DNA of 64,000 nt from Pseudomonadota bacterium (GTDB taxonomy: Bacteria > Pseudomonadota > Alphaproteobacteria > Caulobacterales > Parvularculaceae): positions 310 to 64,309 of the forward strand of contig JBCDLG010000002.1 in assembly GCA_038745625.1 (NCBI GenBank), given 5' to 3'. Both the position numbers and the translations under genes were made by a program. Below, one piece after another: positions 40,906-51,026 of the stretch. The notes below the pieces were generated by a model. That model did no database searches. It saw only the letters and a program-made list of their open reading frames with translations, and was not told the origin of the DNA. The stretch's first letter is position 1. Each line of letters starts with the position of its first letter.

Positions 40906-40979
40906 GTGCGTGACCCTCCCAAGACCGACCCCGCAACAGCGTAGGTCTACCAAGGAAAGGTGTGGGGGGTGTTAAGCTA

Positions 40980-43352
40980 TCACGTAGGAATGCGAGCGCC
41001 CGTGTAGTCGAGCTTTGTCCTTGGCTCTAGCGTGGGGAAGCGCGCTTGCAGCCACTCCATTTCCCATTCGGTCCCCAGGCCAATGGCTGCACAGCTGTCT
41101 TCCGTAATGATCACAGGGTTTGGCGTGGCGAGGTACTCGCTTTCAAACGGTTGTCCGAAAAGGCTGCCGGGTTGCATGCTTTGGACACCTTGGCGCCGCA
41201 ACTGGCCGCAAGCATAGGCCTGGATGCGTTCGCGGAAGTTTTGGTGGAAGCAAGGTTTGAGGTTCATCGGCTGACCGTCAGGGCCGATAGGTTGGCTGAT
41301 GGGGCTGCGGACGCATGCTGCTTCCTGCATAAAGCTCTCGACGTTTTGTTGATGTTCTGGGCTGACGAGCACGGTCTCAGGGGTGAGGGGTGCGAGGGCC
41401 TGGGCGTTGCTTTCGCCCAATTCATAGTCACGTCCGGTGTATTGAGGGACGCAAAGGCTCGCTGGTGGGCTGTTGCTGTTTGCCATCCTGATAAGGGGTG
41501 CAAAACAGGCATTGTCAGCAATCAGAAGATGCTCATTGGCCGGAATGGACTCTGGCCATTGCGCACCAGAGGCAACGGCCTTTGCGATATCGACGCCGAA
41601 CAGCAAAGAGAATCTGAAATCTGCCTCGATCAAGGTGGTGCCCCGCAGGACGGAGTTCACCACCTGGGCTTTATAAAAATTCACATCACGCAAACTGGCG
41701 TTGCTGAAGTGAGAACCAGAGAGATAGGCTTGCTCAAGTCTGGCATCTTCCAGGCTTGCCTCAAAAAAATCAGCATTCACAATATCAGTAAACTGAAGCT
41801 CTGCTTGCTGGAGTCTGCCACCATTGAGGATCGTGCCAACCAGTTTGGCGCTCTTCATATCGGCGCCGCTGAGATTGGCGCCGACCAAACGGGTATCTGA
41901 TAAATCAGCTGCTATCAGGTTGATGTCCTGAAGCTGCGGCCTCTGGTCTAAGCTCATGCCATGCATGCCAAGGTAGGCGCCGGAGAGATTGGCCCCAGCC
42001 AAGACCGTGCCGTCAAATGTGACCAATGTCATGTCGGTCTCAGACAGATTGGCGAGGGTGAGATCAGCATGGGTGAGGTTGGCTGAAGGCAGTTTCGCCT
42101 TGGCCAGGTGGGCGCCGAAAAGGTCTGCTGCTGTGAGGTCACTACCGCTCAAAAGCACGCACGGCGCAACCGCGTTTCGGAGCTGAGCAAAGCGCATCTG
42201 CCGTCCGCTCAAATTGAGCTGCGTGTTGAACCGCCCACTGGCAGCGTTGCAAAGCTGCTTGGTGGCGTCGCTGAGTCGCTGACGACCGGCGCGCTGCGCT
42301 TCGGTGAAGGGGCTGAGGGTGTCATTAGCAATCGTCCCGCTACGGAGCCCTGGGCAAATCGTGGGAGCGACATCGGGATTTATCAGGCAATAGGTGGTGC
42401 TATCGCCGATCCGTGGCAGCAAGGCCCCGGCTATGGAGCCTTGTTGTTTGCCGGAGAGCCCCAAGACGGAATCGCGTCCGCGCCAACGTTCATAGGCTAT
42501 AGATTCAATGGTTTTGGCCCCAGCTGCCTCGGCTACAGGCGGCGCGGCGTTGAAAAGCGCCACTCGAGTCATCGCAATCATGATGCCTGTACCGCCAATC
42601 AACAGCAGAACCAGTGATTGCGCGACGGTGCCGATCAGTGCGCGCAGATGCCCGGCGCGCCGTAGGCCAAAGCGGAAGATGATCAAAAAGACCGCATCAA
42701 GAATGACCAAGCCGCCATGGAGCAAGGTCATCCACCCAATACCCACAGGTGCGAACCGCTGCATGGTGATGAAAAGAAGCGCCAAAGGTCCCAAGAATAT
42801 TGTCAATGTAATGACAAAGGCCATGGCGCCACGAATGATGTGTCGGCCCTTGGGCCCAGCGACAACCATCGTAAAATCGTACGGGTAAAGAAGATTTTGG
42901 AATGCATGGACCGCCTCGCCGTCTTCACCATCGAACCTCGTTGCGAGTTGCCGGGTCTGTTCTTCTGCCTTCTTTTTCAGTGACCAGAGCTTGATCAGCA
43001 AGTTGAGGTGAAAGGCCACCACAAAGGCGGGCGCGAGGATATAGAATTCAACGACTGGAACTTGCGTGCCGATGATGGGCAGTTCGATGCCAGCGTTCAG
43101 GAGCAAGGTTTCTTGAGTGGTGCCGAAGACAGCGATGGCCACATACGCGCTCAGGGTCAGGAAATAGGTGAACAGACCTCGGGTAAGCTTAGACGATTCG
43201 TCCACCGCCCCGACGGCGAGGGTGACTTGCCCCCACCAGGGCTCTTTGCCGGTGCTGGCCGGCGCCTCGGCCTTTTCCATGGTCCGTCCGGTGGAGAATT
43301 TGGATGTCAGCTTTCCCAGCATGCCCGCCCCCGCGAATGCAGGATCGATCAT
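40980..43352 (-). CDS. Membrane-anchored pentapeptide-repeat protein
   Basis: About 5 N-terminal TM helices, then long A(D/N)LxxA repeats (ADLFGAHLAKAKLPSANLTHADLTLANL...); Cys-rich C-terminus; start uncertain. Confidence 0.88.
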   Translation of the reverse strand: MIDPAFAGAGMLGKLTSKFSTGRTMEKAEAPASTGKEPWWGQVTLAVGAVDESSKLTRGLFTYFLTLSAYVAIAVFGTTQETLLLNAGIELPIIGTQVPVVEFYILAPAFVVAFHLNLLIKLWSLKKKAEEQTRQLATRFDGEDGEAVHAFQNLLYPYDFTMVVAGPKGRHIIRGAMAFVITLTIFLGPLALLFITMQRFAPVGIGWMTLLHGGLVILDAVFLIIFRFGLRRAGHLRALIGTVAQSLVLLLIGGTGIMIAMTRVALFNAAPPVAEAAGAKTIESIAYERWRGRDSVLGLSGKQQGSIAGALLPRIGDSTTYCLINPDVAPTICPGLRSGTIANDTLSPFTEAQRAGRQRLSDATKQLCNAASGRFNTQLNLSGRQMRFAQLRNAVAPCVLLSGSDLTAADLFGAHLAKAKLPSANLTHADLTLANLSETDMTLVTFDGTVLAGANLSGAYLGMHGMSLDQRPQLQDINLIAADLSDTRLVGANLSGADMKSAKLVGTILNGGRLQQAELQFTDIVNADFFEASLEDARLEQAYLSGSHFSNASLRDVNFYKAQVVNSVLRGTTLIEADFRFSLLFGVDIAKAVASGAQWPESIPANEHLLIADNACFAPLIRMANSNSPPASLCVPQYTGRDYELGESNAQALAPLTPETVLVSPEHQQNVESFMQEAACVRSPISQPIGPDGQPMNLKPCFHQNFRERIQAYACGQLRRQGVQSMQPGSLFGQPFESEYLATPNPVIITEDSCAAIGLGTEWEMEWLQARFPTLEPRTKLDYTGARIPT

Positions 43353-43379
43353 GCATCACTGAGGGTCCCTCGGGAAGTC

Positions 43380-43670
43380 TTAAGGCCGGAGCCCGTCGAT
43401 GAAGTCGGCCATGGCGACGTCGCGTTCGGAGAGGCCGCCCGCGTCGTGGGTGGTGAGGGTGATCTCGACGCGGTTATAGACATTGAACCACTCAGGGTGG
43501 TGGTCGGTCTGCTCGGCGAACAGGGCGACCTGGCTCATAAAGGCCCAGGCCTGTTTGAAATTCTCGAACTGCACCGTGGTCTTGGCGGCGTCCTTGCCGA
43601 CGACCTCCGACCACGCTGTGTGCGATTTGAAGAAGGCGGAGCGGGCGGCGGGATCGAGTTTGGCAACCAT
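43380..43670 (-). CDS. phhB: Pterin-4-alpha-carbinolamine dehydratase
   Basis: [40 protein letters not shown]. Confidence 0.94.
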   Translation of the reverse strand: MVAKLDPAARSAFFKSHTAWSEVVGKDAAKTTVQFENFKQAWAFMSQVALFAEQTDHHPEWFNVYNRVEITLTTHDAGGLSERDVAMADFIDGLRP

Positions 43671-43809
43671 GGAAAGGGAGCTAGAGCGCCGCCGCGCCTG
43701 CGCCAACCCGCCAGATGAAGCTTTGGCGGCAATGGCGCGCGGGCGGTTGATCCTGACGGGCGAATAGACGACAAGAGCGTGATCCACGATCAACGTTAAC
43801 GGGCCCGCC

Positions 43810-44862
43810 TTGACGCATTCTCTTTTCTCCTGGTCGCGCATGCTGTCGATGGCCCTCATCGCGCTGGTGGTGAGTGTGGCTGCGGCGCCGAAAGCGTCGG
43901 CGGAATACAGCCTCTGCAACAAATCGAGCTATGCGCTGTCCGCGGCGCTGGGGTTCTTTGACGAGCAGGAGCTTCTGACCCGCGGCTGGTGGCGCCTGCG
44001 CCCTGGCGAGTGCAAGCGGGTGATCAGCGATGACATCGAGCCGGGCCGGTATTTCGTTTATGCCGAGGCGATCCCTGGCCACCGGGGCCCTCTGCGGACC
44101 TGGTCGGGCGAAACACCGCTCTGCGTACAGAATGATAGTCTCTTTACCTTGCGTGATCAAAGTGTGTGCACGAACGACCCGCAGCGGCAGCGGGATTTCT
44201 ATCCCGTCGAGGTAACGACCGAGGATGAGGGCGACTTCATCACTGACTTCACCGATGAGCGGAACTTCCCGCTGCAGGATGCGAAAGTCGCCGGTGTGCA
44301 GCGGCTTCTAAGCGACATCGGTTTCGACATCGGCGCGATTGACGGTGCCTTTGGCGCGGCAACCAAGACGGCGTTGCGGCAATACCGGCGGGACCGCGGC
44401 CTTGGCTCGGACGCGATCATTGATGCTGCCGTTGTCGACTCGTTGATTTCCGAGGCGAATGACGACGACGCGCAATTGGGATTTTTCTTCTGCAATGAGA
44501 CGATGTTGCCGGTATGGGCGGCCTTTGCTCAGCCTACCGATGACCAAGAGGGCTATCGCTCATCAGGTTGGTGGCGGCTCGACACCAGCGCCTGCGCCAA
44601 GGTGCGCCGCGGCGCGCTGGGTGAGGAGCCTTACTACGTCTACGGTATTATGCAGGCCGAAAACCAAGAGCTCACCTTGGCGGGGGGCGATACGCCGTTC
44701 TGTGTTTCCTCGGTGCAGTTCGACGCGCGCAGCGACATTGCTTGCGAGGAAGAGGGCTTTGATACGGCCGTCTTCCGGCGCATCGACACAGGCGGAGAGA
44801 ACGCCTGGACGTTTGAATTCACGCCTGAGCAGTTCAACCCCGACCTCGCCACGGCCCAGTGA
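43810..44862 (+). CDS. Secreted tandem DUF1036 protein with central peptidoglycan-binding domain
   Basis: Signal peptide; LCN..GWWRL.PGEC repeated as FCN..GWWRL..SAC; [23 protein letters not shown]_binding_1-like segment between them. Confidence 0.8.
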   Translation: MTHSLFSWSRMLSMALIALVVSVAAAPKASAEYSLCNKSSYALSAALGFFDEQELLTRGWWRLRPGECKRVISDDIEPGRYFVYAEAIPGHRGPLRTWSGETPLCVQNDSLFTLRDQSVCTNDPQRQRDFYPVEVTTEDEGDFITDFTDERNFPLQDAKVAGVQRLLSDIGFDIGAIDGAFGAATKTALRQYRRDRGLGSDAIIDAAVVDSLISEANDDDAQLGFFFCNETMLPVWAAFAQPTDDQEGYRSSGWWRLDTSACAKVRRGALGEEPYYVYGIMQAENQELTLAGGDTPFCVSSVQFDARSDIACEEEGFDTAVFRRIDTGGENAWTFEFTPEQFNPDLATAQ

Positions 44863-45569
44863 CCTCCGCCGGCGCTGCGCAACACTTCGCCCATGTGCGC
44901 GACTGGGTCTTTGACCTCGACAACACACTTTATCCAGCGAGCTGCAATCTTTTCGCTGAGATCGATCATCGCATGACGAGCTATGTGGGTGAGCTTTTAG
45001 GGCTTGGCCGTGATGAGGCATACCGTGTGCAGAAGGATCTTTACGCCACCCACGGAACGACACTGGCAGGGCTGATGCGGCAGCACGATGTCGATCCGCA
45101 TGCGTTCATGGAGTACGTGCACGCTATTGACCTCTCTATCCTGGAGCCTGCGCCAGACCTACGGGCCGCCATCGCTGCGCTCCCGGGCCGCAAATTTGTG
45201 CACACCAATGGAAGCGCTCAGCACGCGGCCAATGTTTTGGGCAAGATGGGCCTTGGTGATGTCATTGATGACGTCTTTGACGTCGAGATGAGCGGCTGGG
45301 TGCCGAAGCCGCGGGCTGAGAACTATGACGCGTCCGGCGCGCATTTTGGCATCGACACGCAGACCACGGCGATGTTCGAAGACATGGCCGTCAACCTCGA
45401 AGAACCCCATCGCCGCGGCATGACGACCGTGCTTGTCACGTCCGATGCTGAGTGGATCGACAGCGAGCCCACGAAGAAGCGTCCAGGGGTCGCGGTTGCG
45501 GGGGCTGAGCATATTCATCATACCACCGGCGATTTGACCCGATTTCTCACCGGCCTCATCGCCGGATAA
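44859..45569 (+). CDS. HAD pyrimidine 5'-nucleotidase
   Basis: WVFDLDNTLY, HGTTLAGL, FVHTNG, PKP, MFED. Confidence 0.9.
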   Translation: MTSAGAAQHFAHVRDWVFDLDNTLYPASCNLFAEIDHRMTSYVGELLGLGRDEAYRVQKDLYATHGTTLAGLMRQHDVDPHAFMEYVHAIDLSILEPAPDLRAAIAALPGRKFVHTNGSAQHAANVLGKMGLGDVIDDVFDVEMSGWVPKPRAENYDASGAHFGIDTQTTAMFEDMAVNLEEPHRRGMTTVLVTSDAEWIDSEPTKKRPGVAVAGAEHIHHTTGDLTRFLTGLIAG

Positions 45570-45578
45570 GGAGGCCCC

Positions 45579-46394
45579 ATGCAAGAAAGTGACGCCCGCC
45601 CGATTATCGAGGCGGCCTATGACAATGGCAGCGAAGATGCGGAAGTCCGGGCCGCGGTCGCCCATGCGCTTGAGGGTCTCGACAAAGGCTCCTACCGCGT
45701 AGCGTCCAAGGTGGCAGGCGGCGGTTGGGACGTGCACCAATGGCTGAAAAAGGCAGTGCTCCTGTCGTTCCGCTTGAACCCTAACGCTCCAGTCCCGGGT
45801 GGGCCCGGCATGGCGGCGTGGTTCGATAAGGTCCCATCGAAGTTTGAGGGCTGGACCGAGGCGGAATTCGTTGAGGCGAAATTCCGGGCTGTGCCGCCCG
45901 CCACGGTGCGTCGCGGCTCGTTCATCGCTCCGGGTGCGGTGTTGATGCCATCCTTTGTGAACATTGGCGCTTATGTCGGTGAGCGGACAATGGTCGACAC
46001 CTGGGCATCGATCGGCTCGTGCGCGCAAATCGGTGCTGATTGCCATATCTCAGCCGGGACGGGGATCGGCGGCGTGCTGGAGCCGCTCCAAGCTGAACCG
46101 ACGATCATCGAAGACAATTGTTTCATCGGCGCACGGTCGGAGATCGTCGAGGGTGTGATCGTCGGCGAGGGATCGGTGATCGCGATGGGTGTCTTCATCA
46201 CCCAATCGACCAAGATCGTCGACCGGGCCTCTGGCGAGATCACCTATGGACGGATCCCGCCGTTCTCGGTCGTTGTCCCGGGCGCTTTGCCTGATCCCAA
46301 AGGCGGGCCGAGCCTTGCTTGCGCGGTGATCGTGAAAACCGTCGATGCCGGCACGCGCTCCAAAACGGCCATCAACGACCTTTTGCGGGGATAG
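45579..46394 (+). CDS. dapD: Tetrahydrodipicolinate N-succinyltransferase
   Basis: [50 protein letters not shown]-like end. Confidence 0.97.
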   Translation: MQESDARPIIEAAYDNGSEDAEVRAAVAHALEGLDKGSYRVASKVAGGGWDVHQWLKKAVLLSFRLNPNAPVPGGPGMAAWFDKVPSKFEGWTEAEFVEAKFRAVPPATVRRGSFIAPGAVLMPSFVNIGAYVGERTMVDTWASIGSCAQIGADCHISAGTGIGGVLEPLQAEPTIIEDNCFIGARSEIVEGVIVGEGSVIAMGVFITQSTKIVDRASGEITYGRIPPFSVVVPGALPDPKGGPSLACAVIVKTVDAGTRSKTAINDLLRG

Positions 46395-46433
46395 CGTTCG
46401 GAGGATAAGTCAAGGCTTGTCCTGCATAGGCTG

Positions 46434-46455
46434 TTTCGATATCGAAATATCGAAA
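46434..46455. promoter_or_regulatory. Palindromic operator upstream of MarR-like gene
   Basis: TTTCGATA-N6-TATCGAAA perfect arms; contains the perfect 14-mer TTTCGATATCGAAA. Confidence 0.65.
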
Positions 46456-46468
46456 GGAGCCCTGATTC

Positions 46469-46819
46469 GTGAGCCTCTCCGAGACCCTGACCCCCTGGCG
46501 CGATGTGATGGTGGAGCTGGTGCGAGACGACCAGCCTGACCTATCGATGCGCCAATGGGCGCTCCTTTTGACCGTGTACCTGACGCCGGGCCCGCACACC
46601 GTGCGGCGCCTGAGTGAGGATCTTGAGGTGCCCAAGCCTGCGATCAGCCGGGCGCTGGATGCCCTCTCGATCCATGGTCTGGTGCGGCGGGCACGGGACC
46701 CTGCGGACAAACGGATCGTGCTTGTCCAGAAGACGACCGACGGCTCAGTCTTTATCGACCGCTTCGCGGCCGCTGTGGAAGCGGGCGAGCGGAGCGCGGA
46801 ATTGGCCGGGTTCTACTAG
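46469..46819 (+). CDS. MarR-family winged-helix regulator
   Basis: DLSMRQWALLLTVYL, KPAISRALDAL, RDPADKRIVLV. Confidence 0.88.
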   Translation: MSLSETLTPWRDVMVELVRDDQPDLSMRQWALLLTVYLTPGPHTVRRLSEDLEVPKPAISRALDALSIHGLVRRARDPADKRIVLVQKTTDGSVFIDRFAAAVEAGERSAELAGFY

Positions 46820-46837
46820 CGGTCCGCCAATCGGCAT

Positions 46838-46853
46838 GATATCGAAATTCGAT
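46838..46853. promoter_or_regulatory. Second copy of the operator motif, overlapping the CPBP start
   Basis: GATATCGAAAT identical to 46438-46448; ATCGAA-A-TTCGAT palindrome. Confidence 0.5.
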
Positions 46854-47709
46854 GAATACAGCACAGCGTTTCGGCCGCACGGCTCTTGATATCCTGGTTG
46901 GTGTTGCGGTTTTGGGGGCGGCTATCGCTCTCCACCGTTTCGCGTTGGTGCCGCTCGTCGAGGGCGCGTTTACGTGGGATGAGGCTGCGTTTACCCAAGT
47001 CCGCCGCGTCAGCCTGACGGCGCTGTTTGTGATCGCTTACGCACTCGGCGTGCGGCTGAGCCTTCGTCGCTGGCCAACCGATTTGCGCTTCCAACCCGTT
47101 GTGTGGGCACTGAGCGGGTTCGCCGGGGCGGCAATGATCGCTGTGCCGATGATCATCCTCTGGGCTACCGGCACCTATCAGATCACGGAGGTCGGGACAG
47201 GAGCGTTCTTCCCCCTTTTGTCGCTGGCCCTGGTCGTTTTCGCCGCCGCGCTTCTTGAAGAGATCGTCTTTCGAGGGATTCTGTTCGGGGCGGTTGAGCG
47301 CTACTTTGGGACGATCGTTGCCATCATCGTCCCCAGCATCCTCTTCTCCGTGCTCCATATCTTCAATGACAATTGGGGAGGGGGGCTGGCGCTCGCATCC
47401 GGCGTCTTGCTCGGTGTGTTTTGGACGCTGGTTTATGTCGTGACCCGGAGCATCTGGGCGGTAGCGCTCAATCACGCCTGCTGGAACCTCACCATTGTCC
47501 TTTCCGGCTTGCCGCTCACGGGCGCGCAAGACTGGCGGGCGATGGCGCCGATCCAAACCGAGCCCACTGGCCCCGCCTGGTGGTCGGGCGGCGACGCGGG
47601 GCCAGAGAGTACGCTCTTATGCGTCGGCGTTTTGGTTTTGGGCTGCATTGTCCTCTGGCGCTCGGTGGTTCGGCAGGGCGCTGTCGGGGCATCTCCCGAG
47701 ACCACCTAG
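46852..47709 (+). CDS. CPBP (CAAX/Abi) intramembrane metalloprotease
   Basis: EEIVFRG, FSVLH, NHACWN motifs; multi-pass. Confidence 0.9.
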   Translation: MNTAQRFGRTALDILVGVAVLGAAIALHRFALVPLVEGAFTWDEAAFTQVRRVSLTALFVIAYALGVRLSLRRWPTDLRFQPVVWALSGFAGAAMIAVPMIILWATGTYQITEVGTGAFFPLLSLALVVFAAALLEEIVFRGILFGAVERYFGTIVAIIVPSILFSVLHIFNDNWGGGLALASGVLLGVFWTLVYVVTRSIWAVALNHACWNLTIVLSGLPLTGAQDWRAMAPIQTEPTGPAWWSGGDAGPESTLLCVGVLVLGCIVLWRSVVRQGAVGASPETT

Positions 47710-47732
47710 CGGAGGAGCAGAGCTTATCCTCC

Positions 47733-48581
47733 CTACCCAGCGCTTTTGAACCGAGGGTCATCGGCTGCCGCTTTATAATCGGCCAAGAGGTTCGAGAACC
47801 GGTGCTCGAGAGCGGGCATGAAGTCCGGGTGGGTGAAGATGTAGAGCCGACCCGCGAGCATGCATTCGATCGTCCATTCGGCGACGAGGTCCGGCGAGAG
47901 GCCGCTGTTGATGACGGCTTCCATCTGTTTGAAGTGCGGTGTTTGCATCGCCGCATCGAGATTGCTCCCAGCCTGCGATGGGGCGCCAAAGCCGCTCTTG
48001 TGAATGTTGGTCGCGACCCAGGCCGGGCAGAGAATGCTGCAACCGATATTCTCGTCGGCAAGCTCAGCCTTCAGCGTTTCTGTGTAGCCGACGACAGCGA
48101 ACTTGGTGGCGTTGTAGGGCCCGCCTGTTCCTCCGCCTGCGGCATGTCCCGCCATCGATGCTGTGTTGATGATATAGCCGCCTTCGCCGTGTGACTTGAT
48201 CAGCGGCACGAAGGTTTCAACGCCGTAGACGACGCCCAAGAGGTTGATGTCGACAACCCAGCGCCAATCGTCGAGCGGGATCTCTCCAGGCGCGCCGCCA
48301 GCGCCAACGCCTGCGTTGTTGACGATGATATGCACCTTACCGAAACGCGCGATCGTTTTGTCGGCAGCGGCTTTGACAGCGCCCGCGTCAGCCACATCGC
48401 AAAGGACGGTGTCGACATGATCGCCCAACTGCTCGGCTGCCGAGGCCAGAGCGTCGTTGTCGATGTCGGCGAGCATGACGTTGGCGCCGCGCTCAGTAAG
48501 CGCTTTGGCTATGCTAAAGCCGATGCCCTTTGCACCGCCGGTGATGAAAGCGGTTTTCCCCGCAACTGATGTGAGCGCCAT
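47733..48581 (-). CDS. Short-chain dehydrogenase/reductase
   Basis: TGGAKGIG, NNAGV, NTAS, YNATK. Confidence 0.93.
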   Translation of the reverse strand: MALTSVAGKTAFITGGAKGIGFSIAKALTERGANVMLADIDNDALASAAEQLGDHVDTVLCDVADAGAVKAAADKTIARFGKVHIIVNNAGVGAGGAPGEIPLDDWRWVVDINLLGVVYGVETFVPLIKSHGEGGYIINTASMAGHAAGGGTGGPYNATKFAVVGYTETLKAELADENIGCSILCPAWVATNIHKSGFGAPSQAGSNLDAAMQTPHFKQMEAVINSGLSPDLVAEWTIECMLAGRLYIFTHPDFMPALEHRFSNLLADYKAAADDPRFKSAG

Positions 48582-48661
48582 GGCGTGTTCCCTATCGTTT
48601 GTGAAAGGGAGCTAGCGCGCGGTCAGTGCAATGCTAACCGGGAAAGTGGTGCGCTTTTGTC

Positions 48662-49291
48662 TCAGTGCTCGTCGAGGGCGGCGACCTCTTCCTCAACAAC
48701 CGCCTCTTCCGGCGGGATGCATTCAGGGAATGCAATAGGTTCGCCGTCGGTCAGGGTTGCAAGGTAGGCGAGGATGTCGGCGCGTTTGTTGTCCTTGGAG
48801 ATCCGCTGGACCATCTGCGTGCCAGGGACATAGGCCTGGCTGTTCTCAAGATAGGCGTCCATCTTTTCAAAGTCCCAGTCGCCGCCAAGACCTTGCAGGG
48901 CGCCGGTATAGGCAAAGCCGCCGACGCTTGCGACCTGGCGGCCCATAATGTCCCAAAGCGCCGGGCCGGTCCCGTTGCCGCCGCCTTGCTCAAGACTGTG
49001 GCAGGAGGTGCAGACGAGGGCGCCGCGGGCGCCGCGATCGGCGCTGGCTTCCGCCATCAAACAGCCAAGCGAGACCTCGACGACCTCTTCTTGCGGAGCG
49101 CCTGAGACCTGCAGCTGCGAGTAGGGGATGTAGGCCAGATCGAACGGATTCTCCGCCGAGGCGTGGTGGTCGCCGTGATGCCCGCCAGCCAGCGTCAGCG
49201 CGGTGTTGAAGATCACCGGCAGGCCAAGAAACAAGAGCAGCACGATCAAAATGGCGGAGGCGAGCTTGTTGCCGAAAAGCGGGTCTTTCAT
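48662..49291 (-). CDS. cycM: Membrane-anchored cytochrome c (CycM/cy type)
   Basis: NKLASAIL TM anchor, CTSCH heme motif, GPALWDI, PGTQM axial Met; start placed at MKDPLF (RBS AGGA). Confidence 0.88.
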   Translation of the reverse strand: MKDPLFGNKLASAILIVLLLFLGLPVIFNTALTLAGGHHGDHHASAENPFDLAYIPYSQLQVSGAPQEEVVEVSLGCLMAEASADRGARGALVCTSCHSLEQGGGNGTGPALWDIMGRQVASVGGFAYTGALQGLGGDWDFEKMDAYLENSQAYVPGTQMVQRISKDNKRADILAYLATLTDGEPIAFPECIPPEEAVVEEEVAALDEH

Positions 49292-49416
49292 GGCCGGTCC
49301 TAGAACTCTTTTGTGGCGCGCCATTTTGTGCTCTGGCGCTTGGGTCGCCGAGGCCATAGCGGGGGTTCCCCTCCGCCGCAACGCGCGCATTGGCACGGCA
49401 GAGTGGAGGATACAGC

Positions 49417-50271
49417 ATGACAATGAAGATCGCGTTCCAAGGAGAGCATGGGGCTTTTTCCGATCTTTGCTGTTCGACCTTCGCGCCAGAGTTTGAGACC
49501 CTGCCGCTGCCGACCTTCGAGGCGGTGTTCCACGCTGTGACCACGGGTGCGTGTCAGGCGGCAATGGTGCCGGTGGAAAACTCGCTCGCTGGCCGGGTGG
49601 ATGATGTCTATCGTCTGCTGCCTGATCGCGGCGTGGCCGTCGTGGCGGAGCATTTTCTGCCGGTGAAGATGCAGCTGATGGCGGTGCCCGGCGCAGATCC
49701 TAACGGGCTCAAAATCGTCCGCAGCCACCCGATGGCGCTGTCGCAATGTCGCCGGATGATTGCCCGGCGTGGTCTTTTGCCTGAGGCCGCGAGCGATACG
49801 GCGGGCGCCGCGCGGGCGCTGCGGGACAACCCAGCACAAGACATCGCCGTGATTGCGCCGCTGCCAGCCGCTGAGCGCTATGGCCTCGCCATCGTCGAGC
49901 CGGAGTGTCAGGACGCAGACCGCAACGTCACGCGCTTTCTTCATATCGTGCCTGACGGCGCACCGTTTCCTGAGCGCGATGAAGGAGTCATGCTGACGAG
50001 CTTTATCTTCCGTGTCCGCAACATTCCTGCAGCGCTTTACAAGGCGCTTGGCGGCTTTGCGACGAACGGGGTCAACATGACCAAGCTGGAAAGCTACCAA
50101 GAGGACGCAAGCTTCCAGGCGACCCGGTTTCAGGCGGAGATTGAGGGGCACCCTGATGACCCAGCGGTACGCCGGGCGCTCGATGAGCTTGGCTACTTCT
50201 CAGCGGACTTCAAGCTCATCGGTGTCTTCGCGGCTGACCCTTACCGGGTCAGTCAGGCTTATGACGGTTAG
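49417..50271 (+). CDS. pheA: Prephenate dehydratase with ACT domain
   Basis: IAFQGEHGAFS, PVENS.AG, SHPMALSQC, NVTRF, NMTKLES. Confidence 0.95.
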   Translation: MTMKIAFQGEHGAFSDLCCSTFAPEFETLPLPTFEAVFHAVTTGACQAAMVPVENSLAGRVDDVYRLLPDRGVAVVAEHFLPVKMQLMAVPGADPNGLKIVRSHPMALSQCRRMIARRGLLPEAASDTAGAARALRDNPAQDIAVIAPLPAAERYGLAIVEPECQDADRNVTRFLHIVPDGAPFPERDEGVMLTSFIFRVRNIPAALYKALGGFATNGVNMTKLESYQEDASFQATRFQAEIEGHPDDPAVRRALDELGYFSADFKLIGVFAADPYRVSQAYDG

Positions 50272-51026
50272 CTGTAGACCGGCGCGCGCTTTTGCATCAT
50301 CGCCGCGACGCTTTCGGCAAAGTCAGCGGACTGAAGTTGTTCGCTGAAGAGCTCGGCCTCGGTCATCATGTGGGCTGCGACTTGCGCCTGGCGATTGCGG
50401 ATCAGGGATTTGGACCGCTTCATTGCCACCGGCGCTGATGCTGCGACATGCGCGGCGATCTTTTGCACCTCGGCCTCGAGATCAGCCTCGGCAAAAACCC
50501 GCGCCACCAAGCCGAATTCTAGGGCTTCGGGAGCCGTCAGTGTGCGTCCAGCAAGCAGGATATCGTTGGCGATGGCCATACCAACGGCTTCGGGCAGAAG
50601 AAGTGAGGACGCAGCCTCTGGCACCAGGCCGAGCTTCACAAACGGCGCGCCGAAAGTCGCGCTTTTGGCAGCATAGACGAGATCGCAGTGGAGCAGCATG
50701 GTGAGGCCCACCCCGATCGCTGGACCATTAACCGCCGCGATCAGCGGTTTGGGACAGGTCGAGATCGCCGTCAGGAAGCGGAAGACGGGGGGCACGTCGT
50801 GCTCGCTGCCCCCGGTCGCAAAATCCTGAAGATCATTGCCGGAGGTGAACATATCGCCCGCGCCGGTGATAACGAAGGCGCGCGCAACATCGTCGTCGCC
50901 GTAGGCCTCGATCGCGTCGGCCATGGCGCCATACATCGCTTGGGTGATGGCGTTTTTCTTTTCAGGGCGCGTGATCGTCAGTGTCGTGATCTTATCGCTG
51001 GTGCTGAGGGTGATCGCATTGGTCAT
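50268..51026 (-). CDS. Enoyl-CoA hydratase/isomerase family
   Basis: RPEKKNAI, FTSGNDL, AVNGPAIGVG, LGLVPEAASS. Confidence 0.93.
   Translation of the reverse strand: MTNAITLSTSDKITTLTITRPEKKNAITQAMYGAMADAIEAYGDDDVARAFVITGAGDMFTSGNDLQDFATGGSEHDVPPVFRFLTAISTCPKPLIAAVNGPAIGVGLTMLLHCDLVYAAKSATFGAPFVKLGLVPEAASSLLLPEAVGMAIANDILLAGRTLTAPEALEFGLVARVFAEADLEAEVQKIAAHVAASAPVAMKRSKSLIRNRQAQVAAHMMTEAELFSEQLQSADFAESVAAMMQKRAPVYS

Noticed and set aside
41700-42200. Periodic sequence possibly indicating a DNA repeat array or CRISPR
   Set aside because: Periodicity is explained by protein pentapeptide repeats; no identical DNA repeats with spacers and no cas genes
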